A stretch of 64,000 bases of DNA from an uncultured delta proteobacterium (GTDB lineage Bacteria; Desulfobacterota; Syntrophobacteria; BM002). Both the position numbers and the translations under genes were made by a program. The notes under the pieces were generated by a model, which made no database searches, was not told where the DNA came from, and saw nothing but the letters and a program-made list of their open reading frames with translations. The DNA lies in NCBI GenBank assembly GCA_963712115.1, contig CAVQGX010000043.1, positions 32,001 through 96,000 of the forward strand, given 5' to 3'. Positions 38,902 to 49,425 of the stretch are shown here, one piece after another; within the stretch, counting starts at the first letter, position 1; each line of letters opens with the position of its first letter.

Positions 38902-39662
38902 GTCTGTTGAGTATAAAGAATCTCACCAAGAGATTCGGGGGTGTGCAAGCGGTCAACGATGTCTCTTTCGAGGTAACCACCGGTTCCATCATGGGACTAA
39001 TCGGGCCCAATGGGGCAGGTAAAACTACTGTTTTTAACCTGATTACAGGGATTTATCGTCCGGATCAAGGAGAAATAATCTTTGATGGAAAGTCAATTGT
39101 CAATCTATTGACCCATAGCATTATCTCTCTTGGCATTGCTAGGACCTTTCAAACCATCCGGCTCTTCCAGAATCTCTCCGTTTTGGAGAACGTCATGGCA
39201 GGATGCCACAGTAGGATGAAGTCGGGCTCTTTGCAGGCCATGCTCCGGACTCCGTTCCAACGGGGGGAGGAAAAAGCTGCTCTTGCAAGGGCTGTGCAGG
39301 CATTAAACTTCGTCGGACTGAGACGAGATGCCGAGCAGTTGGCCAAAAATCTTTCCTATGGAAATCAACGACTCCTGGAAATTGCCCGAGCCTTGGTCAC
39401 AGAGCCTAGCCTACTGATTCTTGATGAGCCTGCGGGAGGGATGAACGAACAAGAGACAACAGGTCTGATAAGCCTTATCCGCAAGATCAGGGATAAGGGA
39501 ATAACCATTCTACTCATCGAACATGACATGAGTCTGGTAATGCGTGTTTGTGAGAATATTGTTGTGCTTGATTATGGGGCCAAGATTTCAGAAGGCACAG
39601 CTGAGAGAGTTAAGAGTGATCCCCTGGTAATTGAGGCTTATCTTGGCACAGATGAGGACTAG
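38898..39662 (+). CDS. livG: branched-chain amino acid ABC ATPase
   Basis: [24 protein letters not shown] and IEHDM. Confidence 0.9.
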   Translation: MSLLSIKNLTKRFGGVQAVNDVSFEVTTGSIMGLIGPNGAGKTTVFNLITGIYRPDQGEIIFDGKSIVNLLTHSIISLGIARTFQTIRLFQNLSVLENVMAGCHSRMKSGSLQAMLRTPFQRGEEKAALARAVQALNFVGLRRDAEQLAKNLSYGNQRLLEIARALVTEPSLLILDEPAGGMNEQETTGLISLIRKIRDKGITILLIEHDMSLVMRVCENIVVLDYGAKISEGTAERVKSDPLVIEAYLGTDED

Positions 39663-39666
39663 GTTG

Positions 39667-40383
39667 ATGCTCCTACGCGTTGAAAACCTGCGAGTGAAAT
39701 ATGGAAACATTGAGGTTCTACACGGTGTCAGTTTGGAGGTAAACCAGGGGGAGATTGTTACTATTCTGGGGGCAAACGGCGCGGGAAAATCAACTACACT
39801 TCTTAGCATTAGCGGCCTAGTTAGAGTGGCGGCGGGAACTATTCTTTTTGAGAACGGTGAACTCCAAAAGCTCCGGGCTCATGAAATCGTTAAACATGGT
39901 ATTGCCCAGGTACCAGAGGGCAGACGCATATTCGACACGCTCTCGGTGCAGGAAAACTTGAACATGGGGGCCTTTGTCCGCAAGGACTCCCATCAAGTTA
40001 ATGAGACCAGGGAGTGGGTTTATCAGTTATTTCCCATCCTGGAAGAGCGTCGCCAACAACTGGCCGGAACCCTCAGTGGTGGAGAACAGCAAATGCTAGC
40101 CATCGGTCGGGGTCTGATGAATCAGCCAAGGATTCTCCTGCTGGACGAGCCGAGTCTTGGTTTGGCGCCACTGCTGGTTAAAGCGATTTTCCAGACGCTG
40201 AAACAGATCAATGAATCCGGCGTAACCATTCTTCTGGTGGAGCAAAACGCGAGAGCTGCCCTCAAACTGGCAAATCGCGGTTACGTGATGGAGGTCGGGC
40301 GGATTGTTCTGGAAAATACGGCGGAAGCCCTTCTGGCCAGTCCAGAAGTGCAGAAGGCTTATCTTGGAGGAAGCAGGGTTTGA
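39667..40383 (+). CDS. livF: branched-chain amino acid ABC ATPase
   Basis: GANGAGKST, LSGGEQQML and LDEPSLGLAP. Confidence 0.9.
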   Translation: MLLRVENLRVKYGNIEVLHGVSLEVNQGEIVTILGANGAGKSTTLLSISGLVRVAAGTILFENGELQKLRAHEIVKHGIAQVPEGRRIFDTLSVQENLNMGAFVRKDSHQVNETREWVYQLFPILEERRQQLAGTLSGGEQQMLAIGRGLMNQPRILLLDEPSLGLAPLLVKAIFQTLKQINESGVTILLVEQNARAALKLANRGYVMEVGRIVLENTAEALLASPEVQKAYLGGSRV

Positions 40384-40639
40384 ATTAAGCCAAGGTTAGA
40401 TTGTTGCCTTTAAAGAAGCAATATTAATTTATACATAAAACACTGTAATATATATATATTATAGTATTTTATTAAAGTATTACTTCAATAAAAATTTGCT
40501 GCAATATTTACAAATACGCGAACTCAAAGACTCATTTATTCTGGTTCCGGTCCCGCCATTAAATATTCCGAGCTGTCTTTTGATCAATAATTGCAACCAT
40601 CTGGATTTTTAAGTAAATTAAAGTTTTAAACTAGAATGC

Positions 40640-43600
40640 TTAAATATTATGATCCTGATCACTTATGGGTGTAAAACCTCTTCTCATTGTGTTTTCAGTG
40701 ATTGTACGGGGATGCATGAATTGCATGAGATAGTCAGGGCCTCCAGCCTTTGAGCCTACACCCGACATTTTGAACCCGCCGAAAGGCTGCCTTTCAACCA
40801 GGGCACCGGTAATGCCCCTATTAAGATAGAGGTTTCCAACTCTGAAATTCCTCCGGGCTTGTTCCAGGTGTTTTGGGCTTCGGCTGAAGACGCCCCCGGT
40901 AAGGGCAAACTTGGTGGAATTGGCCAATTTGATTGCTTGCTCAAAAGTCTTGGCTTTCATGACGGAAAGCACTGGGCCAAAAATTTCCTCCTGCGCCAGA
41001 CGATGTTCAGGCTTGATGTTGGTAAAAATAGTTAGAGGAACATAGTAACCTTGATTTGGAACATCTCTGGATATCAATATTTTACCTTCTTTTTTTCCTA
41101 TTTGGATATAGTCTAGAATTCTTAGCTGAGCCTGCTCGTCGATAACGGGTCCCATGTAGTTAGCTGGATCTTCTGCAGGACCTATGTTTAGCGATTCTGC
41201 CGCCTGTGCTAGGCGATGAACAAACTTGTCGTAGATGGGTTCCAAGACGATCACTCTGGAACAGGCTGAACACTTTTGCCCCTGAAAGGCAAAGGCCGAC
41301 TGAAGTATGTGGACAATGGCTTCGTCTAGGTCGGCATCATCGTCAACGATTATGGCGTTCTTGCCACCCATTTCAGCAATAACCTTTTTCACTTCCGCCT
41401 GCTGTGGTTGCACTTTACTTGCTCTCCCGAGTATGCGGAGGCCAACCTCCATGGAACCGGTAAAGGCGATGACACTCACATCAGGGTGGTCCACTAGGTA
41501 ATCGCCAATTACTTTGCCCCGTCCCGGGGTATAGTTGAAGACGCCTTGGGGTAGACCGGCCTGCTGGAAAATCTCGGCTAAGGTGAAGCCTGTAACAGAC
41601 GAGAGGCCGGAAGGCTTATATATCACGCAATTGCCCGCGACAATTGCCGCTGCAGACATGCCGCAACTTATAGCGAGAGGGAAGTTCCAGGGGGCGATGA
41701 CCACGGCCAGACCTTTAGGTTGATAAAAATAGTGATTCAACTCACCGGGGGCTCTTCCCAGGGGAGTTTCCTTGCCTAGTCGGATCATCTCTTTTCCGTA
41801 ATATTCCAGGAAATCAATAGCTTCTCCAACGTCGGCATAAGCCTGGTCCCATTGCTTACCCACTTCCAGCACCTGCCAGGCTGCTAAATTGTATATACGG
41901 TTACGGGCGATATCTGCGGCTCGGAAAAGATATTGGGCTCTATCTTTGGGTGACGTGTCCCGCCAAGAGGGGAAAGTCTCCTTGGCAGCTGCAATGGCGG
42001 AGTCAATCTCCTTGGTGCCAGCCTGACATACATGGCCGATTACTTCTGACGGTTTTGCCGGATTTAAAGAGGGCAGGGTGTCTCTTGTTCTCGTCTCTCT
42101 ACCTGCAATCAAGAGGGGATAAGTGCGTCCCAGCATCCCTCGCACCTGGGTAATTGCTTGCGGAAATGCTGACCTTATTTCGGACTTGGTAAAATCCACC
42201 GTAGGATGGTTAATAAAGGGACTTAAGCCATTTTTATTGTTTGTTGTTAATTCTTCGAATATACTAGCTTTTTCTGTATCAGACAATTGCTCAACTGGGT
42301 CCGCCAGGAGCTTGTCTATATCCAATTTTTCGGCAAAACTCTGGCGGAGAAAGGACTCATTTGCTGTATTTTCTAGAAGGCGACGGACCAGATAGGCCAT
42401 ACCAGGCAAAAGCTCACCGTAAGGGCAGTATAGTCTTACCCTTTTTACCACCTTTTGCAGTGCTTTTCTAACCGGTTCTGCCATGCCGTATAGAACCTGG
42501 AATTCATAGCGGTCTTCGGGCACCTGCAATGTATTCGCCGTCTCCAATACGGCGGAAATGCTTCGGATATTGTGAGAGCCGCAGGCTAAGTGGCAGATGT
42601 CGTGGTTTTGCAAAATTTTCTTTGCCTGGCGTTCGAAGGCGGCGTCAGTCTCAGCCTTGATTGTATAAACGGGCACTTTCCATCCGTGCTGCCTGGCAAT
42701 AACAGTTTCATAATCCCAGTAGGCTCCTTTGACCAGCCTGATAGAGAAGGGCAGACCCTCATCTCGCGACCAGTTAAGCAAGTCATCCAGGTCTTCATCT
42801 GTGTCACGCAAATAGCTCTGCAGCACTAAACCAAAGTTGGAATAATTCCTAAATTCTGGAGAAGAACGTAGCCTGCGGTACACTTCTAGGGTTATGTCCT
42901 TATATTTGTACTGTTCCATGTCGATTCTGACAAAAGCTGCCATTTCCTTGGCCTTAGATAAAATGGGCTTGAAACGATCGCTGATGGCTTGGACAGAACC
43001 CTCAAAATCGGCAGGATTGGCCTGGGAGTATAAACTTGAAGGCTTGACCGAGATGTAGACTTTGGCTGTATGGGCCCAATCCAGTCCTGAGGCTGCATCC
43101 CCAAGGCTTGTCCAGTTTTTTTCCTCCTTTTTCAGGTTATCGAGAAGATCGAGGTAGCTCAGCTGATATTGTTCAGCCTCTTTCTTGCTCACCGAGGCTT
43201 CACCTAGTATGTCGACGGTAAAGCCGAAGTTGTTTTTTCTTAGTTTTGTCAATACCTTAAGAGCCTCTTTGGTGTTTTCACCTATAATGAATTGTTTGGC
43301 CATACTTTCGATGTTGGCTCGGATAGTTTGAGCCAAAATTTTGCCGGCAACCCTACCACCTATACCAGCGGTCTTGGCGCCCCACTTAAGCACGGAGGGA
43401 ATGTCCTCGTCGTCGTCGGCGAAATATTCTTGAATGTGACGACTGAGAGATTCACTGGTGGTCAAGTAGGGCATTACATCGACAAAACGGAAAAGCTGGA
43501 CCTTGAAGTTATCATTACTCATGCACCAGTCTGTGAGTTTTCCGGTCCACCATCCTTTATCGAATATGGAGGGTGTTTCACCCCTGATTACCGAAAAGAA

Positions 43601-43648
43601 CTCTTGGCCTCGCGCTTTGATTCTCTTATCAAGATCTGGGCTGTCCAT
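40640..43648 (-). CDS. putA: bifunctional proline dehydrogenase / P5C dehydrogenase
   Basis: RLVKGAYWD and YLVRRLLENTANESF (PRODH); PWNFP, EMGGKN, GQKCSA and EEIFGP (ALDH). Confidence 0.95.
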   Translation of the reverse strand: MDSPDLDKRIKARGQEFFSVIRGETPSIFDKGWWTGKLTDWCMSNDNFKVQLFRFVDVMPYLTTSESLSRHIQEYFADDDEDIPSVLKWGAKTAGIGGRVAGKILAQTIRANIESMAKQFIIGENTKEALKVLTKLRKNNFGFTVDILGEASVSKKEAEQYQLSYLDLLDNLKKEEKNWTSLGDAASGLDWAHTAKVYISVKPSSLYSQANPADFEGSVQAISDRFKPILSKAKEMAAFVRIDMEQYKYKDITLEVYRRLRSSPEFRNYSNFGLVLQSYLRDTDEDLDDLLNWSRDEGLPFSIRLVKGAYWDYETVIARQHGWKVPVYTIKAETDAAFERQAKKILQNHDICHLACGSHNIRSISAVLETANTLQVPEDRYEFQVLYGMAEPVRKALQKVVKRVRLYCPYGELLPGMAYLVRRLLENTANESFLRQSFAEKLDIDKLLADPVEQLSDTEKASIFEELTTNNKNGLSPFINHPTVDFTKSEIRSAFPQAITQVRGMLGRTYPLLIAGRETRTRDTLPSLNPAKPSEVIGHVCQAGTKEIDSAIAAAKETFPSWRDTSPKDRAQYLFRAADIARNRIYNLAAWQVLEVGKQWDQAYADVGEAIDFLEYYGKEMIRLGKETPLGRAPGELNHYFYQPKGLAVVIAPWNFPLAISCGMSAAAIVAGNCVIYKPSGLSSVTGFTLAEIFQQAGLPQGVFNYTPGRGKVIGDYLVDHPDVSVIAFTGSMEVGLRILGRASKVQPQQAEVKKVIAEMGGKNAIIVDDDADLDEAIVHILQSAFAFQGQKCSACSRVIVLEPIYDKFVHRLAQAAESLNIGPAEDPANYMGPVIDEQAQLRILDYIQIGKKEGKILISRDVPNQGYYVPLTIFTNIKPEHRLAQEEIFGPVLSVMKAKTFEQAIKLANSTKFALTGGVFSRSPKHLEQARRNFRVGNLYLNRGITGALVERQPFGGFKMSGVGSKAGGPDYLMQFMHPRTITENTMRRGFTPISDQDHNI

Positions 43649-44010
43649 CTCTGATAGCCTCCATGAATTCATTCACAAGTATAGATGATTACAATTATAA
43701 GCTTTTTTCAATAACTGATCTTTTCACTTAATAACAAATTTGGCTAGTTTTAGCCTCCAATTACACTGCTATTATAACAGCCATTGTTCTTTGCCATCTA
43801 TAAAACCATTGAAGGGTGGTCTAGGATCGAAAGGATAATTTTGTTAAAGCAAGTCGGAAGTGCGAGGCCAAAAGGAGGGGTGTTGCGGGAGATCTCAGGA
43901 GGGTGCTACTAGCAGAATTATTATCACAGAAATTAAAGTTTACATAATATACATTATCAGACTATATTTCTCTGCCGAAAACGAATCATGGGAGCAACCC
44001 CCTTCCCACC

Positions 44011-44042
44011 AAAAAAAGAGGCCGGACAGGATCTCCGGCCTC
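44011..44042 (-). terminator. intrinsic terminator after dsrC
   Basis: On the minus strand GAGGCCGGA-loop-TCCGGCCTC followed by T7. Confidence 0.8.
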
Positions 44043-44114
44043 GAGCAAACACTAATCCTCTTTGGGAGAGTCTTATACTTCCCACCCCCAGTGAAAAAGT
44101 TGTAGAATCCCTAG

Positions 44115-44432
44115 TTAGACACAACCGGTGGGCTTGGGAAGCCCAGCCATCTTACAGGCGCCTTTGCCTGGTCCAGAGGGAAAGAGCTCGTAGATATATT
44201 TGAGCTTGTACCCCGTCACCTTGGTAAGGATCCGGACCATGGGTGCAATACCGTGCTTCTGATAGTAGTCCTGCAGTACGTGGATGACCTTCCAGTGCTC
44301 TTCGGTCAATTCCTGAATTCCCTCAGACGCCTTTACGTAATCGACCCACTCGGTGCACCAACTGTCAAAAGCATCGATGAAGCCGTCTTCATCAATCTCG
44401 AACGTTTTGCCCATGTGCTCAACTGTTGCCAT
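44115..44432 (-). CDS. dsrC: sulfur carrier DsrC
   Basis: C-terminal GPGKGACKMAGLPKPTGCV with both Cys; GGAGG RBS. Confidence 0.95.
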   Translation of the reverse strand: MATVEHMGKTFEIDEDGFIDAFDSWCTEWVDYVKASEGIQELTEEHWKVIHVLQDYYQKHGIAPMVRILTKVTGYKLKYIYELFPSGPGKGACKMAGLPKPTGCV

Positions 44433-44453
44433 GAAATTCACCTCCTGATTTTA

Positions 44454-45920
44454 TTAGCGGACCCCGTCGCCAACCCCAGTGTTGGTAGTCCGGTGGTCCA
44501 TTTTTCTTTTTTTCTCCTTAGTATTACCTCTCAACTCCCGTTGGTATGCCAGGGCCCGTCGGATCAACCCCTCGGCCCATTCCGGTGTACCGATGGCGTG
44601 CACATGCGAATAGGTGGCCAGTATATTTTTATAACACACTCCATCCTTTCGATCCAAGATGCCGGACCCTCTCCTCATGGCGAATGCTAATGATTCAGGG
44701 CTAAGGTCGAAGCGGGTCACCCGGGAGTAATGAAATTCATGTCCCTTCAAGGTGGTTCCCACTGGATAAAAAGGATTTCTCTTCACCACTTCCAGCTCGG
44801 TGTAGCCGTGTCCTTGTGGCTTTTTCTCAAGCCGGAAGTCCATCGGCAGAGCTTGTACCATAGGATAGGTGTTGCCCTTGATCTCCAAGTTTCGTCCCAG
44901 GTACATGAGGCCACCGCATTCAGCGTAAACCGGCAGCCCATCTTCAATTGCCGATCTGAGTCCTGTTCTCAGTTGATCATTGACAGCCAATTGCTCCGCA
45001 TGTGTCTCGGGAAAACCGCCGCCGATATAAAGCCCGTCCAGTTCTGGAAGAAAGGTGTCTTGCAAGGCGTTTATGGTCACCAAGTTAGCCCCCCTTCTTT
45101 CAAGGGCCTCGAGATTCTCAGGATAGTAGAATTGGAAAGCAGAATCCCTGATAATCCCAATAGTTGGCTGGCGATAAGCTTTGCTCGCCCTCTTCCTGGG
45201 GTAAACTGGCTCCCAGGTCAACGGGGGAGCCTGGTCGGCTATTGTAAGTACCTTTTCCAGATCCAGGTAGCGTTCTACAACCTGAATGCGAGCGAAAATA
45301 GCCTCCCTTGCTTCCGGATGCTCAAGGGCGGTGACCAAGCCCATATGCCGCTCAGGGAAGTCATCTTCCTTGAGCTTGGGAATGGCACCTACCACTGGAA
45401 CCCTGCAATAACGCTCAATTGTGGTTTTCAGCATCTCCTCGTGGCGGGGTCCTGCCACCCGGTTCAAAACTACACCCTGGATAGCGACCTCAGGGTCGAG
45501 ATGCTGGCAGCCCAGGACAGCCGCAGCCGCAGTGCGAGTGACCATGGTACCATCTACCACCAAAATGACCGGGGCCTGGAGTAATTTGGCCAGTTCTGCG
45601 GTGCTACAGGAGCCGTCAGCGTCCATTCCGTCAAAAAGGCCACGATTACCCTCGATTACTGCGGCTTCAGCTTTCTGAACGTGTTGCCAGAATGAGTCGA
45701 GGATTTGCTCCCCGCTCATCATATACGGATCTAAATTGTAGCAAGGCTGGCCGGCAGCCAGGGCAAGCCAGCCCGCGTCAATATAGTCAGGGCCCTTTTT
45801 AAAGGGCACAACCTCCCCTACCCTTTGCCGCCAGGCGGCAACCAATCCAAGGGAAAGGGTGGTTTTTCCTGAACCCCCGCGTAGACCTGCAATCACTACG
45901 CGGGGTTTGCTGTTATCCAT
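44454..45920 (-). CDS. dsrN: cobyrinate a,c-diamide synthase-like siroheme amidase
   Basis: GGSGKT, KKGPDYID and YAECGGLMYL; lies in the dsr operon. Confidence 0.85.
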   Translation of the reverse strand: MDNSKPRVVIAGLRGGSGKTTLSLGLVAAWRQRVGEVVPFKKGPDYIDAGWLALAAGQPCYNLDPYMMSGEQILDSFWQHVQKAEAAVIEGNRGLFDGMDADGSCSTAELAKLLQAPVILVVDGTMVTRTAAAAVLGCQHLDPEVAIQGVVLNRVAGPRHEEMLKTTIERYCRVPVVGAIPKLKEDDFPERHMGLVTALEHPEAREAIFARIQVVERYLDLEKVLTIADQAPPLTWEPVYPRKRASKAYRQPTIGIIRDSAFQFYYPENLEALERRGANLVTINALQDTFLPELDGLYIGGGFPETHAEQLAVNDQLRTGLRSAIEDGLPVYAECGGLMYLGRNLEIKGNTYPMVQALPMDFRLEKKPQGHGYTELEVVKRNPFYPVGTTLKGHEFHYSRVTRFDLSPESLAFAMRRGSGILDRKDGVCYKNILATYSHVHAIGTPEWAEGLIRRALAYQRELRGNTKEKKRKMDHRTTNTGVGDGVR

Positions 45921-45938
45921 AGATTTCAGGTTTCTTTC

Positions 45939-47054
45939 TTACCACTTGAACTGAGTGGTGGTTCTCCAGGTGGTCATGGCCAACCGGTAGTCGTCAATGT
46001 GCTCATGCCGGAATTCCAGTTCGGCCTTTTCGAAGAACTTCTCCCAGCCGATTCGCTCTATCCATTCACCCACACGCTCGTAACGGTTGGCGTCGCTGGC
46101 GTAAAGATCCACAATCTTTTTTATGGTCTTGACCGTGGTGGGCCAGCGTGGCGGCTCGTTGGGAATGTAAGGCACAGCCAGCTTGGAAAACTTGGGAGCA
46201 CAGCGCGAGTTAGAAACCTTACCGCCTACCCATAAGGCAATGCCATCTCCCTCGGCGCTCGCTAGGGGCATAGCTGGACACATGGTGTAGCAGTTGCCGC
46301 AAAACATGCAACGCTCGTTTTTTACCGCCACGGTTTTGAGCTCGCCTTCCTTGGCCGGTTTGATGGCTGCGGTGGGACAAGCAGCGATGGCCAGCGGAAT
46401 CTCACAGACCTTGCCGACTCGTTCATGCTCAATGAAAGGCGGCTTTCTGTGAACGCCGAGGATGGCGATATCCGAGCAGTGCACGGCGCCACACATGTTG
46501 AGACAACAGGCCAGAGAAATCCGCACCTGGGCCGGAAGACGCATGCCACAGAAGTCATCATAGAGCTCATCCAGTACCGCTTTGACGATACCGGAAGCGT
46601 CGATGGCCGGGGTGTGGCAGTGGAGCCAGCCCTGGGTGTGAACGATGTTGGTAACACCGGCGCCAGTACCGCCAATGGGGAACTTGTTGCTGCCACCGGC
46701 GAACTTCCGGCCCTTGAGGTCCTTGATCAGCGGCTGCAGCTTGGCCTTGTTGTCGACCATGAACTCCACATTATTTCGAGTCGTCCAGCGAACATAGCCT
46801 TCGCAGTGCTTGTCGGCGATGTCGCAGATTTCCCGGATGATGTCAACGCTCATGAGTCGGCAGCCGCCCACCCTGACGGTGTAGACTTCCGCACCGGTTT
46901 CCGAGACATGGACGAGCACCCCCGGCTCGAGAATGTCGTGATATTTCCACTTGCCGTAGTTTTCCTTGATCACAGGCGGGAAAAACTGCTCGTAGTGCGG
47001 CGGCCCGATATCAGTGATTCGGTCTTTCATCGGTTCATTAGGATCATATGCCAT
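45939..47054 (-). CDS. dsrB: dissimilatory sulfite reductase beta subunit
   Basis: [35 protein letters not shown] and CMFCGNC. Confidence 0.97.
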   Translation of the reverse strand: MAYDPNEPMKDRITDIGPPHYEQFFPPVIKENYGKWKYHDILEPGVLVHVSETGAEVYTVRVGGCRLMSVDIIREICDIADKHCEGYVRWTTRNNVEFMVDNKAKLQPLIKDLKGRKFAGGSNKFPIGGTGAGVTNIVHTQGWLHCHTPAIDASGIVKAVLDELYDDFCGMRLPAQVRISLACCLNMCGAVHCSDIAILGVHRKPPFIEHERVGKVCEIPLAIAACPTAAIKPAKEGELKTVAVKNERCMFCGNCYTMCPAMPLASAEGDGIALWVGGKVSNSRCAPKFSKLAVPYIPNEPPRWPTTVKTIKKIVDLYASDANRYERVGEWIERIGWEKFFEKAELEFRHEHIDDYRLAMTTWRTTTQFKW

Positions 47055-47066
47055 TGTGTTAACCTC

Positions 47067-48341
47067 CTAGGCATGGTGTTTCTTGCGGAAAGCTACTCCA
47101 TCAATCTCCCAACCACCGGGTACATCTTCGCGGTCGTAGAAGATGTAGGGGTTGTAGCGCGGTGTGTTGATCATCCGTGGATCGGGCTCCAATTCAACCG
47201 CTTTGAGGAATTCCCTGAGGCCTAGCCTCTGGATCAATTCGCCCAGGCGCTCGCGGTTCTTGCCCTCCTCCATCCACCAATCCCACATCTTTTCCACGAA
47301 GTCCTTGAATTCTTCGTACGGCTCTTCCATCTTGATGAAGGGGATGATCACGCTGGAAAGCTGCGCACCCTCAAGGATGGGGGCTTTAGCACCGCACAGG
47401 ATGGTGGCGCCCACATCTTTTCCCGGCCACAAGGCCCGGGGCATCACATTGATGCAGTGCATGCAGCGAGTGCAGTTCTCATCCCAGATCTTAAGGTTCT
47501 TGCCGTCCCAGTCGATGCAGCGGGTGGGGCACAAATCGCATACCTCTTTCTGAATATCCAGAGCGCTCGCTCCTGTGCCATGAGCATTGCCGTTGGGGGC
47601 GAACTCACCGGCGGCATAAGCCCTTACAGCCTTCTGGTCGATGCGGATGTTGTCACGCCAGGTGCCGATGATTGAGCAGTCGGCCCGGGCAATGGCGGCC
47701 ACACAGTCGTTGGGGCAGCCCGAGGTCTTGAACTTGAACTTGTATGGGAAGGCAGGTCGATGGAGTTCGTCCTGGTATGTGTGGGTGAGGTCGTAGGTGA
47801 TAGCCTGGGTGTCTATACAGGACCACTCGCAGCGGGCCTTGCCCAGGCAGCAACTGGGGGTACGCAGGTTGGAGCCTGATCCACCCAGGTCCATGTTAAG
47901 GTTATGGGTCAATTCGTAAAAAACCGGCTCCAGCTCGTCGGTAGTGGTGCCGAGGAGGATGACGTCACCGGTTGAGCCATGCATGTTGGTGAGGCCGCTG
48001 CCGCGCCTCTCCCACAGTTCACAGAGTTTTCTGAGCTGTTCGGTGGAGTAAAACTTACTTGCGGGCTGATTCACACGTAGGGTGTGAAAGTGGGCCACGT
48101 TGGGGAAAAGGTCGGGGCGGTCGCAATAGCGGCCGATAACGCCTCCACCATAACCCAGCACGCCCACGATGCCGCCGTGCTTCCAGTGCCCCTCTTTGTC
48201 TACATAGGACTGTTCCATTACGCCCAAGAGGTCATCGCACATGGGTTTTCTCTCGGCCATCTGCTTGATGTCCGAGATGAAGCTTGGCCAGGGCCCCTTT
48301 TCCAGCTCGTCCAGCAGGGGGGTCTTGTGTTTTAGAGCCAT
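47067..48341 (-). CDS. dsrA: dissimilatory sulfite reductase alpha subunit
   Basis: HWKHGGIVGV.GYGGGVIGRY, CLGKARC and YKFKFK.SGCPNDC. Confidence 0.97.
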   Translation of the reverse strand: MALKHKTPLLDELEKGPWPSFISDIKQMAERKPMCDDLLGVMEQSYVDKEGHWKHGGIVGVLGYGGGVIGRYCDRPDLFPNVAHFHTLRVNQPASKFYSTEQLRKLCELWERRGSGLTNMHGSTGDVILLGTTTDELEPVFYELTHNLNMDLGGSGSNLRTPSCCLGKARCEWSCIDTQAITYDLTHTYQDELHRPAFPYKFKFKTSGCPNDCVAAIARADCSIIGTWRDNIRIDQKAVRAYAAGEFAPNGNAHGTGASALDIQKEVCDLCPTRCIDWDGKNLKIWDENCTRCMHCINVMPRALWPGKDVGATILCGAKAPILEGAQLSSVIIPFIKMEEPYEEFKDFVEKMWDWWMEEGKNRERLGELIQRLGLREFLKAVELEPDPRMINTPRYNPYIFYDREDVPGGWEIDGVAFRKKHHA

Positions 48342-48535
48342 TCCATTTACCTCCTTCAAGTGGAAATCATTTCCTTGCCTAGTGAATGCGGATTTATCTC
48401 AACCGTGAAATTCTCACCTCCCCTCTCATGGCTGTTATTTGGATAAACAGCTTTATCTTTTTGCAGTAATTACAAATAGTTGCGCTATTCAAATTTAGGT
48501 GGGACAGGTCTGAGATGCAATCCATAGCGCTATTC

Positions 48536-48593
48536 GTGAATCAATTCACTCAGTGATTTATGTTTGTATAAACCGTCTTTTGAATTTTGTCAA
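48536..48593 (-). promoter_or_regulatory. dsrA promoter with Rex-like operator
   Basis: TTGACA-17 nt-TATACA (48593-48565); palindrome GTGAA-TCAA-TTCAC at 48536-48549. Confidence 0.7.
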
Positions 48594-48952
48594 TCAAAAT
48601 AAGATCAGGGAAATAGCTGGGGGGCAAGGTGGAAGGATCTGGACCGCAGTTACCAGTGCCCTACCCTCTCAGATGCAGGTATTTAACTCACCCGCAGTTG
48701 TAGTCTCACTTATTGGTGCCTTAACAGAGAAGGCCGCCCCAATTTCCTTAAGAGTTGGTTGCGGCCTCGGGCTTAACGTGTTGAGGACAATGGTGAAGCG
48801 TTTTGTTCGAAGGCCAAAATAGGCTGTCAAGTTAAAATCAAGACCGACCTCAAGAAATCAAGTCGGCAAAGGTCTTTGGGGGGTCGAGCTCGTGATGCAT
48901 CCCTTGCATCAAGTGGTAAAACAGCCAGATTTGACACTGGCCAGGTGATGGC

Positions 48953-49195
48953 CTAGTCGCCCATCCCCTTCTCTTCTGCACCCAGGTCGGCATGTTCGGG
49001 AAGTAAGTAAAGTGTGGTACTGCCGCTGGACCAGTACTTCAGCTGACCGTCATTGACCATCTCGTTTATGACTTTCTTAACCTGGCGCATTTTCATGTCG
49101 GGTAGTGCCTTGCAGAGCTCATTGAAATAATGCTTGGTTTTCCCCTTTTTAGATTTCATGAAATCGATAATTGCCTGCTTCTCTGCCTCGCTCAT
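48953..49195 (-). CDS. dsrD: DsrD
   Basis: KTKHYFN and YWSSGSTT motifs; 80 aa. Confidence 0.92.
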   Translation of the reverse strand: MSEAEKQAIIDFMKSKKGKTKHYFNELCKALPDMKMRQVKKVINEMVNDGQLKYWSSGSTTLYLLPEHADLGAEEKGMGD

Positions 49196-49235
49196 TTCTT
49201 CCTCCTTGAGGGGTAGTGAATGTCTAGACGAATAA

Positions 49236-49288
49236 GTGAATCAATTCACTCACTCATCATCTATAATCCGCAGCCTACCTTTTGTCAA
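49236..49288 (-). promoter_or_regulatory. dsrD promoter with Rex-like operator
   Basis: TTGACA-17 nt-TATAGA (49288-49260); the same GTGAATCAATTCAC at 49236-49249. Confidence 0.7.
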
Positions 49289-49425
49289 TAAAAAAAGCTG
49301 GCAAGGATAACCTATCTTTTGTTGTCCGGAGCCTCTATATATTATATAAAGATTAGGTTTATCTGTCGCCCTCTGGAAGTACACAAACAGAAAGCCTACT
49401 AGGCTAGCGAAATCGAGGGTCTTGC

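Noticed and set aside
44730-47225. Long antisense ORFs opposite dsrN and dsrB (284 aa and 266 aa)
   Set aside because: Shadow frames expected from GC-biased codon usage in conserved genes; no recognisable motifs.
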